NCBI GenBank assembly: GCA_023334545.1
Contig: JAADVB010000084.1
Span: forward strand, 1-64,000
Direction: 5' to 3'
Length of the DNA: 64,000 bases
Origin: Salisapilia sapeloensis CBS 127946
Taxonomy: Eukaryota; Protista; Oomycota
Shown: piece by piece, positions 13,801 through 23,945 of the stretch
How positions within the stretch are numbered: position 1 is the first letter of the stretch
Layout of the letters: each line of letters starts with the position of its first letter
Notes under the pieces: model-generated
Database searches by the model: none
The model's input: only the letters and a program-made list of their open reading frames with translations
What the model was told of the DNA's origin: nothing
Made by a program: the position numbers and the translations under genes

Positions 13801-14749
13801 TGCCGATGACGACCGAGAAGACACGGCGCGCTTCGGGCGAGACATCATCCATACCTTTGCTAGCGATCTGCATGATAATATCAAACGAAATACCCATATT
13901 GGCAGTCGCGTTCGTTCCATTCGTTGGAGCTCCAGTAGAATTCGGTCCGCCACTAGAGCCTAAGCTAGCGGTAGTCGAGCTAGAGGTAGACCCAGCACTA
14001 TTTCCAGTAGCATTTGGTCCACCGCTATTGCTTCCATTGAATGTACTGACTGTGCGACTGGCAAGGACGCGTAGTAAAGTGCCGGAGAGGACACGTACTT
14101 GTGGATCCTTATCCTGCACGCACTTGTTTACGATCTTGAGCGCGTCGGCATGAAAATAAACTAGTCTAGGCACATCATGGTCTAATAGACGGATAATACT
14201 CTCCAACATCGTATGCTTTAGCAACATCTCGCCATGGCGAATGTGTTTAACGACAAAGGCCATGACGTCCGGCACGAGCGTGAGGGCGTCGTGCAATGGC
14301 AAACGAGCAATCACCTTTACAAGCCACGTCTTCACGGGCACAGAAGTCGGTCTCGTCGCCATGGCATCGCTCAAGGCCGCAACGGCGGAATAATCAAAGC
14401 TACGCACGAGAAGATCGCAGAGCATGCTCAAAATGCCATCGGACATGGGAATCGACACGCCTCCCGCAGCTGTCAGTGTCGATATCGATCCAGACGCCCC
14501 GGATCCCGAAGAATGGCTAGTCTGAAGCGCACAATACGCTGTTAAAGCATTCAAAAGCGGATGGAAGCTCAGCTGATGCTCATTCCCGCTGGCTTTCACC
14601 GGGCTTTCTTCAACACCCTGAGGACGACAATGACGTTCTAATGATATCAGTGTCTTGAGCAGTCTCTTGTGCTGCTTGAGGTGCTCTGCTGCAGTCGAAG
14701 CTGCTCGGAGGTCCTCTACACAGGAGCTCAAGCGCTCCATCTTGGCCAT
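7886..14749 (-). CDS. HEATR5: HEAT repeat protein HEATR5/Laa1 family (AP-1 accessory), single exon
   Basis: ~2290-aa helical ORF with LTRARNSVCFVLRYGL, VRFQAAVALASL, WLTCTRAGWTLIGAL, HTRLVDASVLLFGRLF, VRRGAGEALGRLA, LRTWMLHSWSIV and YLLEPYRAQISSAVR. The likely ATG is MAKMERL at 14749. Confidence 0.85.
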   Translation of the reverse strand: MAKMERLSSCVEDLRAASTAAEHLKQHKRLLKTLISLERHCRPQGVEESPVKASGNEHQLSFHPLLNALTAYCALQTSHSSGSGASGSISTLTAAGGVSIPMSDGILSMLCDLLVRSFDYSAVAALSDAMATRPTSVPVKTWLVKVIARLPLHDALTLVPDVMAFVVKHIRHGEMLLKHTMLESIIRLLDHDVPRLVYFHADALKIVNKCVQDKDPQVRVLSGTLLRVLASRTVSTFNGSNSGGPNATGNSAGSTSSSTTASLGSSGGPNSTGAPTNGTNATANMGISFDIIMQIASKGMDDVSPEARRVFSVVIGIVLAQFASGTAVVHEPTSHGNEISSAPNSGGIGSDEDDSTDASQPPVEPDSSSATVPAPVAAPTAFSKSKLGFKLPSVQLLGMSRRKAAAVNFSTIASIVLYLKEMIESKFLTVSTVPTQSHGGILASYSIALCSMLERLPPDSIGGTQLREIVDALLAILDYPFGLGDLTRARNSVCFVLRYGLNSTLIERQQTELLGVYLEKLQAESIADASFCNHHKILTLLVEVSHMYQALGESSADSVGQSIELLQRFLSHEKQGVRFQAAVALASLVTALPYQLKTVLTYCVDRLSETTSTLLSNHSQVEDTIGDSLEESLDESSTTGSKSLLYGIQGVASAIAHLLRAIRLRADSDISHSVLDQVLTHAIQLVESQFAENFSDSVWLTCTRAGWTLIGALSAVKDDFWVQSKMSSLMSLWLKASVLQTRESSLEILRMEGQLHALYNFLTCAKDVAGSTDGFYMLSGHILHTFVMALQDQLSHPTKRRGQTARYRLLTWILRCFTLLPSVYKDSFITLVDLVAEFTTGQSLTNLTQSPVAPVDTTFLSHALTNADDVLDVSSVAHLEAGDGPSALYSKELNHILFLLQPENTLTDTEMETQYLDVFYASVCERKEEDVYDYYPCSSLAHTRLVDASVLLFGRLFHLLPEDLQLRCLQHYSNVLGESRSHCDVNVCSLLMAALQEASIPSETEAAPSWSMQVQSMLWEMVMSDNPTVRRGAGEALGRLAELLRDDNRRALIQELEKKLANERLPSVTTSSSASDTSIQLAGTLFAVACIKRRCGTKVTIDTGLMYRFGAEVAYPLRTWMLHSWSIVLDSIALSGTDQTQYVNSSMALLETQILAGFESSKGLNRPKWDVGSKVALSQVINSIVSTLGPDVVDSKDRLNKLHVMWGTLRQDGDIRVEREYLAFLEQVVVYAPTKFRLHDLFYIFHIVSDAADILCPATEDAGDTFDTIGTHVTKSPLLSMSGSARSMLQYRAMACIRSLTERKPSLIHQFRIQCLLFHALHAEYTNLTWKYMPTLHGMADSLSFSSLADKSQSVVDAICSTIWSMLDVDGGYQPTARPCHWALFCRSIAIGATSEMPGSEVDVELMSSPSGATNYNADDAWSDVDEASSLEMPLPPSTHSREVRSPSASAITAQMDVWRETKKAVAKLTTFLPPLCRQARHFALVCVLRVFKLLVDGCKRDAEAHFDMLKARSRFSMRCGEDSSFKPGLSREVSRGKEALTPQDNFICMYLDEFVTLACQATTTSSDASELLMFQSTGLELLNVVVTQFKDARDPEVSSGESYLLEPYRAQISSAVRHAVKEVSGGADNKSAAPFHAELAMEAYDISGRCIQLRIAEDKVAIQRILRMVVSEAYGQAEFAGGEVQRTELVLAHLSCLARLVIDSNGLAQESGPGSESMRPSTLLKAVTSSLSASLDTIISCWLDVTRVCGFIMQGSSDAWPALEQPSIDHVQVLSKSPVLKVVVPNLSKHTGDDLGLVKQLRALYDRFWPEMCLALATLPQCFPDAQLVSLHKDELKLLVSTALLYLSSHSTHRSEESVVDLLESIPLFLSTLVDRTEYGLFEHALHILSTTALQRKGRMQNAALSALMNVLYLPVVHELPTSKSLASMIGKAAICPLEVVRTRMQVVGEKTSHEDENLEEVLTLATRGIIALHQTKVARHYVTLALGVVEPAYHGLAHRTELHEVGVTLTRAAVQTLATFACSEEASTFQVDVQSKIRRSFILLVQWLQEELVRAREHKTVAGVDFALRVIGSYVVQFPESVHEDVASFHATVAQLVGTMLTKLHEDHDAKVAPVVAHIVRGVRGVTQKLVQAGDVMNARRYFGQVGGPVMNIIEHGGVLPTDLSEVDEAEQLLRLLMSQLDDSYSPASVCLVLPKLAHVLEASADKHVHTQLSLLVSRSLLQYAQTQPSAFKEAVGAMQSQSRSMLESALRRALSDGKQKASSLSPGTSATNTPRKIDLSRYQH

Positions 14750-14805
14750 GATTTGTGCTATATTGGGGAGGAGATAGGTTTTGTTGTAAGTGGTATACAA
14801 TTACT

Positions 14806-14814
14806 TATATAAAA
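14806..14814 (+). promoter_or_regulatory. TATATAAAA motif in the 91-nt divergent spacer HEATR5/GOSR1
   Basis: Starts 35 nt before the GOSR1 ATG; the same core occurs at 39721 and 41431. Confidence 0.35.
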
Positions 14815-14840
14815 GAGGACACAACGAAAAGCACATCAAG

Positions 14841-15833
14841 ATGATGCAGACGGCGACGGTCACGAGCTCTTCCTGGGAGGACTTGCGTCGAGCTGCACGT
14901 GCGTCGGAACGTACGTTGGAAGATAAAATCACGTCGTACGTGACGATTAGCAAGACGACGAAACGTGGAGAGAATGTGCAGGACGAAGGTAGGCTTGATA
15001 AGATAGGAAGAAGGAATGGCATCATAATTGAAACAAGCATAGATCACGTATCGGAGGAAGTAACTGGGGAACGACAATTGGCACTGGAGATTGAAGATGC
15101 TTTGACTACGGTAGACTGGCTTAGTTCACTACAGGGTTCATGCAAAGATAATAACGACGTTTTGCACGTAGCTCTCCGACACGATCGATGAGATGAGTGC
15201 GTTTGTCGGATCGTCTGGAGCCAAAGCACAAGAAGCTCTGCTCCAGCGGTACCGTGAACTATATTTTGACTTTAAAACCGAGTTTCGTCGTGCTAGTGTA
15301 CGTCCTTTAAACATTTTATCATGGTCGAAGCTAATAGGAAGCGCCATGTAGACGGTGTTGCAGGAGAAACGGGATTCACAAAAGCTATTCGGAGACAGGT
15401 ACAAGATCCTCTGTACAAATCGATTCGTAGGATGAAAGCTAAGTAGCGATTCGATATATCTAGAGTCCAGATTGGCGTCTCTGACGATGCAGAGATGGAT
15501 TCTCTGCTCAACGAACGTCGGGCAGTGGACTCATCACGTTCCATTACGAGCAGCATCATTGAGTATGCTATACTTATATCGTTTACTCCATACACAGCTA
15601 ACATGATGCGATACAGCCAAGCAATGGCGACCAAGACGTCTTTACAAGAACAACGCGATCGGTTCATGAACTCTCGTAACAAGGTGTACACCCTGTCGAC
15701 GTCTTTCGCCGGCATCAATTCGCTCATGGAGCAGATCCGCCGCAAGAAGCTGCGTAACAACACGATCCTGGCGCTCGTCATCGCCGGCTGCATCTGCTTT
15801 ACGCTCTGGTGGACCGTTCTATCCCACTTTTAA
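14841..15833 (+). CDS. GOSR1: Golgi SNARE GOS1/GOSR1 (multi-exon)
   Basis: SWEDLRRAARASERTLEDKITSY, LLQRYRELYFDFKTEFRR, MDSLLNERRAVDSS, FAGINSLMEQIRRKKLRNNTILALVIAGC plus a C-terminal TM anchor. Confidence 0.92.
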
Positions 15834-16295
15834 AGTATATTTTCATCGTCCACATGCTCTTCCTTTGATCCTCCCCATCGCTTCCTCCACTTGTATCCTG
15901 TATACTGTGTCATATAAACACTTGGACGCGCGATGGAACATCACGCCATCCACCTGTCTCGATTCTAGAGTTACCCACAAGACTAGCTACCTATATCGTC
16001 AATAGCCCCCCTTTCCATGCACCCACTTCGTACGACCAATACAAGATCCAATGTCCGAGCTAGAACTCGCTTCCGTCCAAAGAAGCGAGGAGGAGCTCTA
16101 GCTAGAGTGGACGCGTGTCCCATAAAATAACATGCTAAAGGACTCGCGCTTTGTGTCCACTTGGAGCGAACCATATCGAGACGCCGGCTCTCCACACTTT
16201 TTTTCGCCAAAGCAGCGGGTTGCGTCCCATCCACCGGGCGACCGAGTTCCATCTAGCGACAGCTACTCGCTCGATAAGCTTCGTATTAAACGACA

Positions 16296-17137
16296 ATGAG
16301 TGATCGAACGGGAGTCTCGCTGCTCGTACGCAACATAAGCCGTCGAGCGAGGTACGTCTCGACCCTTTATTCTATCTTTTTTCATCACTCGTGATCGAAG
16401 TGTTTGAATGGCCGTCAATGCTCATGCCATCACCTCCATAGAGTCGAAGACATTCGAAAGGAATTTGAACGATTTGGAACCGTCCGAGATGTGTATATTC
16501 CTCGAGACTTTTACACTCGGTGCGTCGAGTCGATAAATCATCTCGTATCAAGCTAACGTCGTGTCGTCCGTAGCGAAGTGAAAGGCTTTGCCTTTGTCGA
16601 GTTCGAGACCGACAAGGAGGCTGAAGATGCTCGAGATGCACTTGATGGCACTAACCTCGATGGACGCGACATCCATGTCATCTTTGCGCAAGAACGTCGA
16701 AAGACGACGCAGCAGATGCGCGATCGCGAGCGGTACGTCACATTTCCACTTGACATTGATATCGTTTAACACTTGGCTCTAGACACGACAGTGGCGGACG
16801 TCGTAACAACCGCAATCGCAACCGCTCTCGTTCGCCCCGGGACTCATCTCCTCGTCGACGTCGAGACCGATCTCGTTCACGCGAACGCGAGCGTCCTCGT
16901 CGTGGCGGTCGTCGCTCCCGCTCGAGATCGAACCGACCGCGCCGTGGTGCATCCCCGAAGCGTCGATCCAAGTCCGGCTCGCGTTCACCTGCTCGGTCTC
17001 GCAGCCGCTCACGCCGGAAAGAGGACCGCTCGGCGTCGCCCCGAAGAGGACGCGCTAGTGACGAAGAGATGGAGGCTGAATCTCCTCGCCGCAAGGCTGG
17101 AAGCGATGACGACAGGAACAGTGAGGAGCGGGATTAA
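16296..17137 (+). CDS. SR splicing factor, SC35-like/SRSF10-like (RRM + RS domain, 4 exons)
   Basis: Spliced: [62 protein letters not shown], then an RS-rich tail ending SEERD*. Confidence 0.9.
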
Positions 17138-17176
17138 ACGTCGACACCCGAAGCTTCAAGTAGTGAGGACGCAGTC

Positions 17177-17203
17177 GAGAGAAAGAGAGAGAGAGAGAGA
17201 GAG
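17177..17203. repeat. (GA)n microsatellite in the SR gene 3' region
   Basis: gagagaaagagagagagagagagagag read directly. Confidence 0.9.
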
Positions 17204-17450
17204 GCAAAGGAGAAAACAAGAAGCCGCCATCTGCCTGGATCCGTCTCGAGCTTCGTGGGAGCTGTTTCTTTTTTTTTTCTTTTACTACTTGTCTCGATCT
17301 TCCTATATACTTGTAGCTTGATGCCGACTAGAGGTAGATACGAACTGCCACGACACAATATAGTTGCACGCACGTAGAACGCTTAGTACATGTCTGTTAC
17401 ATACCATTCACCTCGGTACCGTTGTCTCCCGTCCACCAATTCATATGACC

Positions 17451-18779
17451 ATGCGCTGTCACTACGAAGTCCTAGAGGTACAGCAGGATGCTGCCAGTAA
17501 AGATATCAAGCGTGCTTTTCATGTACAAGCTTTGAAATGGCACCCGGATAAACATCAGAGTCGAAATGTCTCGCATGCCGAAGCCACGGAGCGATTTCAA
17601 GAAATACAGGCTGCGTATGAAGTGCTGAGTGATCCGCATGAACGGCAGTGGTATGACGACCATCGAGAACAGATACTACGTGGAGATGATGAACAGACAG
17701 AGGAAGAGCTGAATCTGTTCAAGTACTTTTCTCCGTCCATCTACAAAGGTTTTGGGACTGATCGTCGAAGTTTCTACACGGTTTATCACGACTTATTCCT
17801 CGAAATCGATCGTCTTGATGCGGATAGTCATGCCAAGGGATGGGAGAAAGCTCCTGCATTCGGCGATCAAGACGCTGGAATTGATGATGTGCTAGCTTTC
17901 TATCGACATTGGGAAGGATACGTTACCAAGCGAACGTTTGCGTGGCTAGACCAGTACAAGACGACGGATGGTCCGACGAGACAGGTGCGTCGTGCGATGG
18001 AAAAGGAGAACCAAAAGGTTCGAGATGCTGCCAAGAAAGCGTTTACATCTCAAGTACGTGAACTCGTGGAGTTTATCAAGAAACGAGATCCGCGTATGAT
18101 CCAATACGTCCAAGAACGAGAGGAACGGAAGCGACAGCAACAGCTTGAGAAGGAAGAGAGGCAGAGGAAGAAGAAAGAGGAGTATGAAGCACAGCGTAAA
18201 GCTTTCCAGGAAGCTGAAGAAGCTCGATTAAAGAATGAACCGAGGAGAAAGCAGCTACAGCAGGAGGAAGAAGAGGAACTGGAAAAGTGGAGACGAAGGA
18301 TGAATGCAGAGGTATGGAAATGTGACGTGTGTCAAAAGTCCTTCAAGTCGGAGAAGCAGGTCGCGAACCACTTGGACTCGAAGAAGCATCGGGACAAGGA
18401 AAAAGAGCTGGGGATCACTAGCGATATCGATGCCGTAGATGCTGCCATGGAAGCCGAGCTACAGGCAGAGTTGGCAGCAATGGCTCTGGACAAGCACAAG
18501 CAGACAGACAAAGCTACAGACAATGACAAGATAGATAGTAAAAAGCAGGAAGAGGAGGAACGAGAGGAGAAGGAACGAGCTGACAAAGAGGAAGCTGCTC
18601 GCATTCGTCAAGAAAAAGAGGCACGTGCAGCTTTAAAGCGCAAGGAACGTAAGGAGAAACGCAAGGCGGAGCGACATGGGGAAGTAGAGAAGATTGTGAC
18701 GGCTGCACGTGACCAAGACGATGATGACGACGATGGGAAGAAGCGCAAAGGCAAAGGTCGAAGGCGTGGTAAAAAGTAA
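17451..18779 (+). CDS. DNAJC21: DnaJ family protein DNAJC21/Jjj1 (J domain + C2H2 finger)
   Basis: MRCHYEVL, WHPDK, LSDPHERQWYDDHREQIL, FYRHWEGYVTKRTFAWLDQY, RRAMEKENQKVRD, CDVCQKSFKSEKQVANHLDSKKH. Confidence 0.92.
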   Translation: MRCHYEVLEVQQDAASKDIKRAFHVQALKWHPDKHQSRNVSHAEATERFQEIQAAYEVLSDPHERQWYDDHREQILRGDDEQTEEELNLFKYFSPSIYKGFGTDRRSFYTVYHDLFLEIDRLDADSHAKGWEKAPAFGDQDAGIDDVLAFYRHWEGYVTKRTFAWLDQYKTTDGPTRQVRRAMEKENQKVRDAAKKAFTSQVRELVEFIKKRDPRMIQYVQEREERKRQQQLEKEERQRKKKEEYEAQRKAFQEAEEARLKNEPRRKQLQQEEEEELEKWRRRMNAEVWKCDVCQKSFKSEKQVANHLDSKKHRDKEKELGITSDIDAVDAAMEAELQAELAAMALDKHKQTDKATDNDKIDSKKQEEEEREEKERADKEEAARIRQEKEARAALKRKERKEKRKAERHGEVEKIVTAARDQDDDDDDGKKRKGKGRRRGKK

Positions 18780-18822
18780 AATACAGCCTTTGTACTTGTA
18801 CCAGTGCTTGTGTCTTTCTTCC

Positions 18823-20667
18823 TTACGACTGGTTGCTCTTCAAGCGATCAGCACACTCTTGACACACAGGCATCCACTTGGAAGCTGCACATTTCGCGAC
18901 GGCCGGTTGACTCTTGCAGCTTGAGCACATGATCACATCCTCTTCATGTGCTTCTGGTGACTCTTCTTTTGTCGTGGCTGTTCCCTTCTCATTTATTTCT
19001 TGCGAATCGTACTTGTCGTGTGCCATCATCTCCTGTCGTTCGTTCTCTTCCCTCCACGCGGAAACTCGGTTCCGTTGGGCAGCACGTCGAGCTTCCACCT
19101 CCTGCTTCTTCGTCTCAATGTCAGATCTTACGCGAGCTTGTAGCTTACCGAAATCTTGATCCAGCTTCTCGAGCAACCAGTGCAGTCCTTGCTCAAGTCG
19201 ATCATCCACCATGTTGTTATTCTGAGAAGCCTTGGCGATGCACGGCATGAGCATCGTATTAGGTCGGTCGTCCGTGTGAAGTAGACATCTCAACTCCTGC
19301 TCTTCCATGACAGAAGGATCATCGCGTTTATTGGCAAAACTGATCAAAGCAACAATCATGGTCATCTACTCGTATATCTAATGCGAGTGCTATCGAGCTG
19401 TACATACATGAGGAGAGGCTTGTCGACCATCATCGAATGAGACATGGATGTGCTGAGTACTTGAGCTGCTTCATGGATGCTGTTCTGATCAGCAGAGTCG
19501 ACGACGAAGATGATACCATGAACCTACTTGCACAAAAGCTCTTTTAGTCGATACACGACGATAATCGAGTCTGAAGCAGAGTGTACGTCAGCATAGTACT
19601 CTGGCCAGACGTTTCGGAAGGCAGGACCTCCGCCAAGATCGTAGAACTTGATGTATCCTGTTTCCGTCTGGAACTCTGCAGACGTGAAGCCTGCGCTTGG
19701 TACATGCTCCTTCTCTAGCTCACCTTGCAAGGTAGACAGCAGCGTTGACTTGCCAGCGTTATCAATGCCGATGATCAACACAACGAGCGACTTGGGCTCA
19801 GAAGCAGGCGCTGCATCCCTGTTTTCATCCATAACACTTGTCGAGTCCTTCGGATCGGTCGATTCCTCTAATGTAGGCTCTTTATCGGGCACGTTGGGCA
19901 TGGTAGGTGCTGCTGACGTATCTGGCTTTAAGCACATGCCATGCACGCTATGCTCCGTCTTTCCATCGCCGTACTGGACCGTGTAAAGTTGTGTCTGTGG
20001 ATCAAACGCAGTGATAGTTGCTGGCCAATATCTCGGTCTTCCTTTGTACCGACATAGCACTCGGTCATTGACTGCGTACACGACGTCGTTGTCTTGATTT
20101 GAAGTAGCGGCAAGTGCATGATCTCCGCTTCCGACAATAATCCTTGCCTGGACAATGTCCTTGATAAAACCTACCAGGTTACCACTGAGTTTCCATCGGA
20201 CATAAATTGATACGTCCAGCATACCTTTGACGGAGCTCGGACGCTCACGAAGTATCTGGTGCGCCAAGTCGTCCATGATCGGAATTACACTAGTTGCCAT
20301 GTAATCCACCATTTGCTGTCGCTTGCTAAGCTTCTTCGTATAGCGAGAGTATGGAAACTGCTGATTCTGATGGGAGAAGCGGTCAGACTTGGATTCGTCG
20401 ACAAAGTCGTGGATGAACTCATAGATGCATTCCGGCTGATAAAGTAGTAGCGCTTCAATGAGGGGCATGAGGACAGGATCTACATACTTTCGCAAGTACT
20501 CGTGCTCGTTCGTATCCGCTGGCTGGTGAGGCGTCGCTGCCGCCGGTTGTACTGTAGCAATTGCAATAAAATCATATCGTATTTGTTTTAATGAAAAAGT
20601 AAGTGGTAGTTGCATCCGCACCAGAGTCATTAAGAGATGGCCTCCTCTGTGGTGGGCTTGCATTCAT
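18823..20667 (-). CDS. ARL13B-like GTPase fusion: 2x RIIa/Dpy-30-like docking motifs + Tudor-like domain + Arf-like GTPase + coiled coil + Cys-rich finger
   Basis: GIDNAGKST (G1), DLGGG (ARL13-type G3), then after splicing VHGIIFVVDSAD..KPLLIFANKRD (G4). ORFs 19524-20663 and 18823-19365 join via GT-AG introns; the first exon MNASPPQRRPSLNDS starts at 20667. Confidence 0.8.
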
Positions 20668-20950
20668 ACTTCCGAAGCTGACGTCGATAACCAGACGTTT
20701 GTCCTGCTTGCGTCACGTACCGGGATAGAAAGACTAGCACATGCATTAGACACGTCTTTGAAGGTACTCTATAAGCTAAGGGACCTATGGCAATGCTCTC
20801 GTGACGATCGCCGATGGTAGCTGCGTAGGAGACAAGGAGGACGAGCGACGGTTGTTACGTAGCTATCTGTCGCTTCAAGATACCGTCGAACGGTATACAA
20901 ATTTCTAGTCAAAACCTTTTGGTCCGTAGGCACCTAATATCGTGTCAATC

Positions 20951-22015
20951 ATGCTGTCGACGGCGACGAAGAGAGCTGCTTCCTCCACCGCTACACGTGC
21001 CTTTTCATCACAAGCAGGGCATGCTGGTGTCTCCGGTACGACCATGCAATCCACACGGAGTATCAATACTATATATTGATCCTTTTATATCTATTGACAG
21101 GTGCCAAGCTGGATGGCATTGCTCGATTCTATAAGACGGCGGACGTAAAGGAAGTGGAGGACGAGACAAACGGAAAGAAGGAATACGCAGTCGTGCTAGA
21201 TGGCAAGACTGTGAAGACACCAGCTTTCCGTCCGCTGCGTTTACCGTCTCGATCCATGGCATTTGCTGTCGCTCAGGAATGGGACGCTCAAGAAAAAGAG
21301 ATTCGTCCTGCGACCATGCCCATGATGACACTCGCCTCCACGGCCATCGACTTTGACAGGAGCTCTACGGTATCGGAAGTCGTCAAGGAGATCATGCGTT
21401 ACTTCCACTCGGACACGCTGTGCTACCAGGTGACGGGCGACCAACAGGATAAGCTCGAGTCTTTGCAGGAGCGCAAGTGGGGTCCCATCCGTAAATGGTT
21501 TTCTGACAAGTTCGACGGTGAGGTGGACGTCAGCCACGGAACCATCGGTGCTATCAAGCACGATGACACGCTCGTTGCCAACGTCAAAGATCATCTAGAC
21601 AATGTACTTACATCTCGTTCCTGTGTTTATCATAAAAAAAACTCATGACCTGGACGTAGCTGTCGGTCATGGAGCTTATCGGCTTGAGGACGCTTACAAA
21701 GGAGTGCAAGGTAGAGTCCCTCGTAGCGTATCACCAGCCACTAAAGTACTAAAACCACTTCGTACAGTCCTTGATCGCAGCCATGGCCATTAAAGAACGA
21801 CACTTGTCCGCCAAAGAGGTACGTCTTCCTCCTCTATCTCGATAGCAACGTACTAAATGATCCTATAGGCGATGGACTTGGCGCGTGTGGAAGAGGAGTT
21901 CCAGATCGAGCGCTGGGGACTCGTCGAAGGAGGGCACGACCTCGATCGAGCCAACGCGAGCGTCCGCATTTCCAGTGCCTCCGTCCTCCTATGGCTTCTC
22001 CAGCACCAAAACTAA
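20951..22015 (+). CDS. ATP12: Mitochondrial F1 assembly factor ATP12/ATPAF2 (multi-exon)
   Basis: Presequence MLSTATKRAASS, RFYKTADV, VLDGKTVKTP, AVAQEWDAQ..IRPATMPMMTLASTAID, ARVEEEFQIERWGLVEGGHDLD. Confidence 0.93.
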
Positions 22016-22123
22016 CGTCTTCACTACCAAGATGAAAGAAACCAAATAAACCAATGTGGGCATTAAAAAACTCCATGTTGCATCCACCTATAGCAAACGT
22101 ATACGTCTACAAACACACACTTG

Positions 22124-22881
22124 TTACTCGAGCTCTTGGTTGCAAAGCGGGCACACGGGCATGCGACTCGACCCTGCGGCAGTGTACGCCCATCGGTCGA
22201 GACATTCCAAATGGAATTCATGCTTGCACTTGCGAACGACACGCAGAACGTCTCCTGAACCGTACTCGTCACAGCAAATGCAGCACGTGTCATTGTTCGA
22301 CGGACCTCCTCGATAGTCCGCCAAGAGCTCCACCAAGTCATCTCGCTGGACGCAATTGGAACTATCGACGTCTCGACGCTTAAGACGCTGTTTTAAATCC
22401 CCGATCGATGTCGTCTTGAGCTCCTCTGGCGTTTTGTACTCTTCCGTCGGCATGGCGTGGATGATGTGCATGATGCGATTGTACACTTGCTCCGTGTCGA
22501 CAGTCGGCTGACTGCGTGGAGCGTTCGCACGAGCAGTGTGGTGGTCGATACTAGCTCGAACGACTTCGCGCCATGGCATCGCAGGGTGCTGCTGATGGAT
22601 GTGATAGGCCGTACGACCGTAGAGGCATATACGATAGAAGCCATAGAGCGAGATGCACATGAGAATCAGTCCAGCGAGCCGTAGATTGTCCGTCGAGTCG
22701 CTCCCTGCACCCGACTGCAGTATCGGTACGGCTGCTTGGGCTATCACCATCAACATGATGACCCAGGGACTATCGGAAGCATTGTAAATGACCATCATGG
22801 TGCTTTCGGACGTGAATATGGCAATGACGTTCTCTCTCTCCGATTCTGATTTCGGACGTGTCACGCTAAATACGCGCCCAT
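22124..22881 (-). CDS. Membrane-anchored RING-H2 E3 ligase with SAP-like helical motif
   Basis: Two hydrophobic segments, IGDLKQRLKRRDVDSSNCVQRDDLVELL, and CCICCDEY..CKHEFHLECLDRW..CPLC. The start is uncertain: ATG 22881 plus an intron, or ATG 22798. Confidence 0.85.
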
Positions 22882-22943
22882 AGTTAGCTCGGCACTAACT
22901 GCGCACGCAGATAAGACAGAGCTCCGAACAGCTTTCGATCGAG

Positions 22944-23838
22944 ATGGCGAATCGAGCGCTCGTACCTCCATTTCGCTTCAGTACAGTCCAACAGGAGCTC
23001 TATCGAGGTGCTTATCCGTCACTTAAAAACTTTCGTTTTCTACGAAGACTTTCGTTAAAGACAATTATCTCTCTCATCCCGGAACCACCGACCGTCGACC
23101 TCGCCGAGTTCTGTGCCGCCGAAGGCATTGTCAATTATCATTTCCATGCAGATAAATTCACGTCGGATAATGTTACTGTGCCGCCGGCAACAGTGGCACA
23201 GATCCTACAGCTTATGCTGAAGAAGGAGAACCTGCCGCTCTACATCCACTGCCTCGATGGCGCCAATGTCACGGGTATTGTCATCATGGTCCTCCGAAAA
23301 TTGCAGAACTGGACAAAGGTCGCTATCACGTCCGAGTTTTGTCGGTATAATTTCCTTTATTACTCATCCTACCATCCAATAGCACTAAGCTAGCTCTAGC
23401 TTTACTCGAGACCACAACATTGAAAAGGATGAATCCGAATATCTCGTCGCCTTCTCGGAAGAGATCATCGTCACAAACGACGCTCCTCATTGGCTATGGA
23501 ATGGCGTCCGTATCTCCAAACACCCGACAATGATCATCCACCAGCCCGACTTGGAGACGACTACCGGCAACACCGACACACCCTTTGGCCCGACTAGGTA
23601 TCATGTCGATCTTTTGGTCGTAAACATCATGTCTCACTCTGTATCCAGCACCCAGCCGTTGGAATCCGATATAGATAAGACGGAAGCTCTCATGCGCCAG
23701 TTTGAAGAAGCCAGCCGCTCTCGCACCTTCCACGACGCTGCCAGTAGCCACGAAGACATGGATATGAACGCAGATGAAAGCGTCGTCGACGTCTCGATCC
23801 CGAAATCACTAGATGCACTCGACCTCGCAGGAGTCTAA
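22944..23838 (+). CDS. Atypical dual-specificity phosphatase family (Siw14/OCA group, OCA6-like)
   Basis: LVPPFRFSTVQQELYRGAYPSLKNFRFL, LPLYIHCLDG, VIMVLRKLQNW; one intron near 23345-23400. Confidence 0.85.
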
Positions 23839-23945
23839 TCGCGTCCAAGTATAAAGCTTTCGTTTCGTACCGTTTCGCATCTTCCTGCCTCCATCTCTGT
23901 ACGCTTCTGTCGCCATGTTGTAAGCCACGTCGCTTGACGATACCC

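Noticed and set aside
16352-16440. Longer first intron of the SR gene with an alternative AG (possible poison splicing)
   Set aside because: Only ~89 nt and there is no sequence evidence of use; RNA-seq would be needed.
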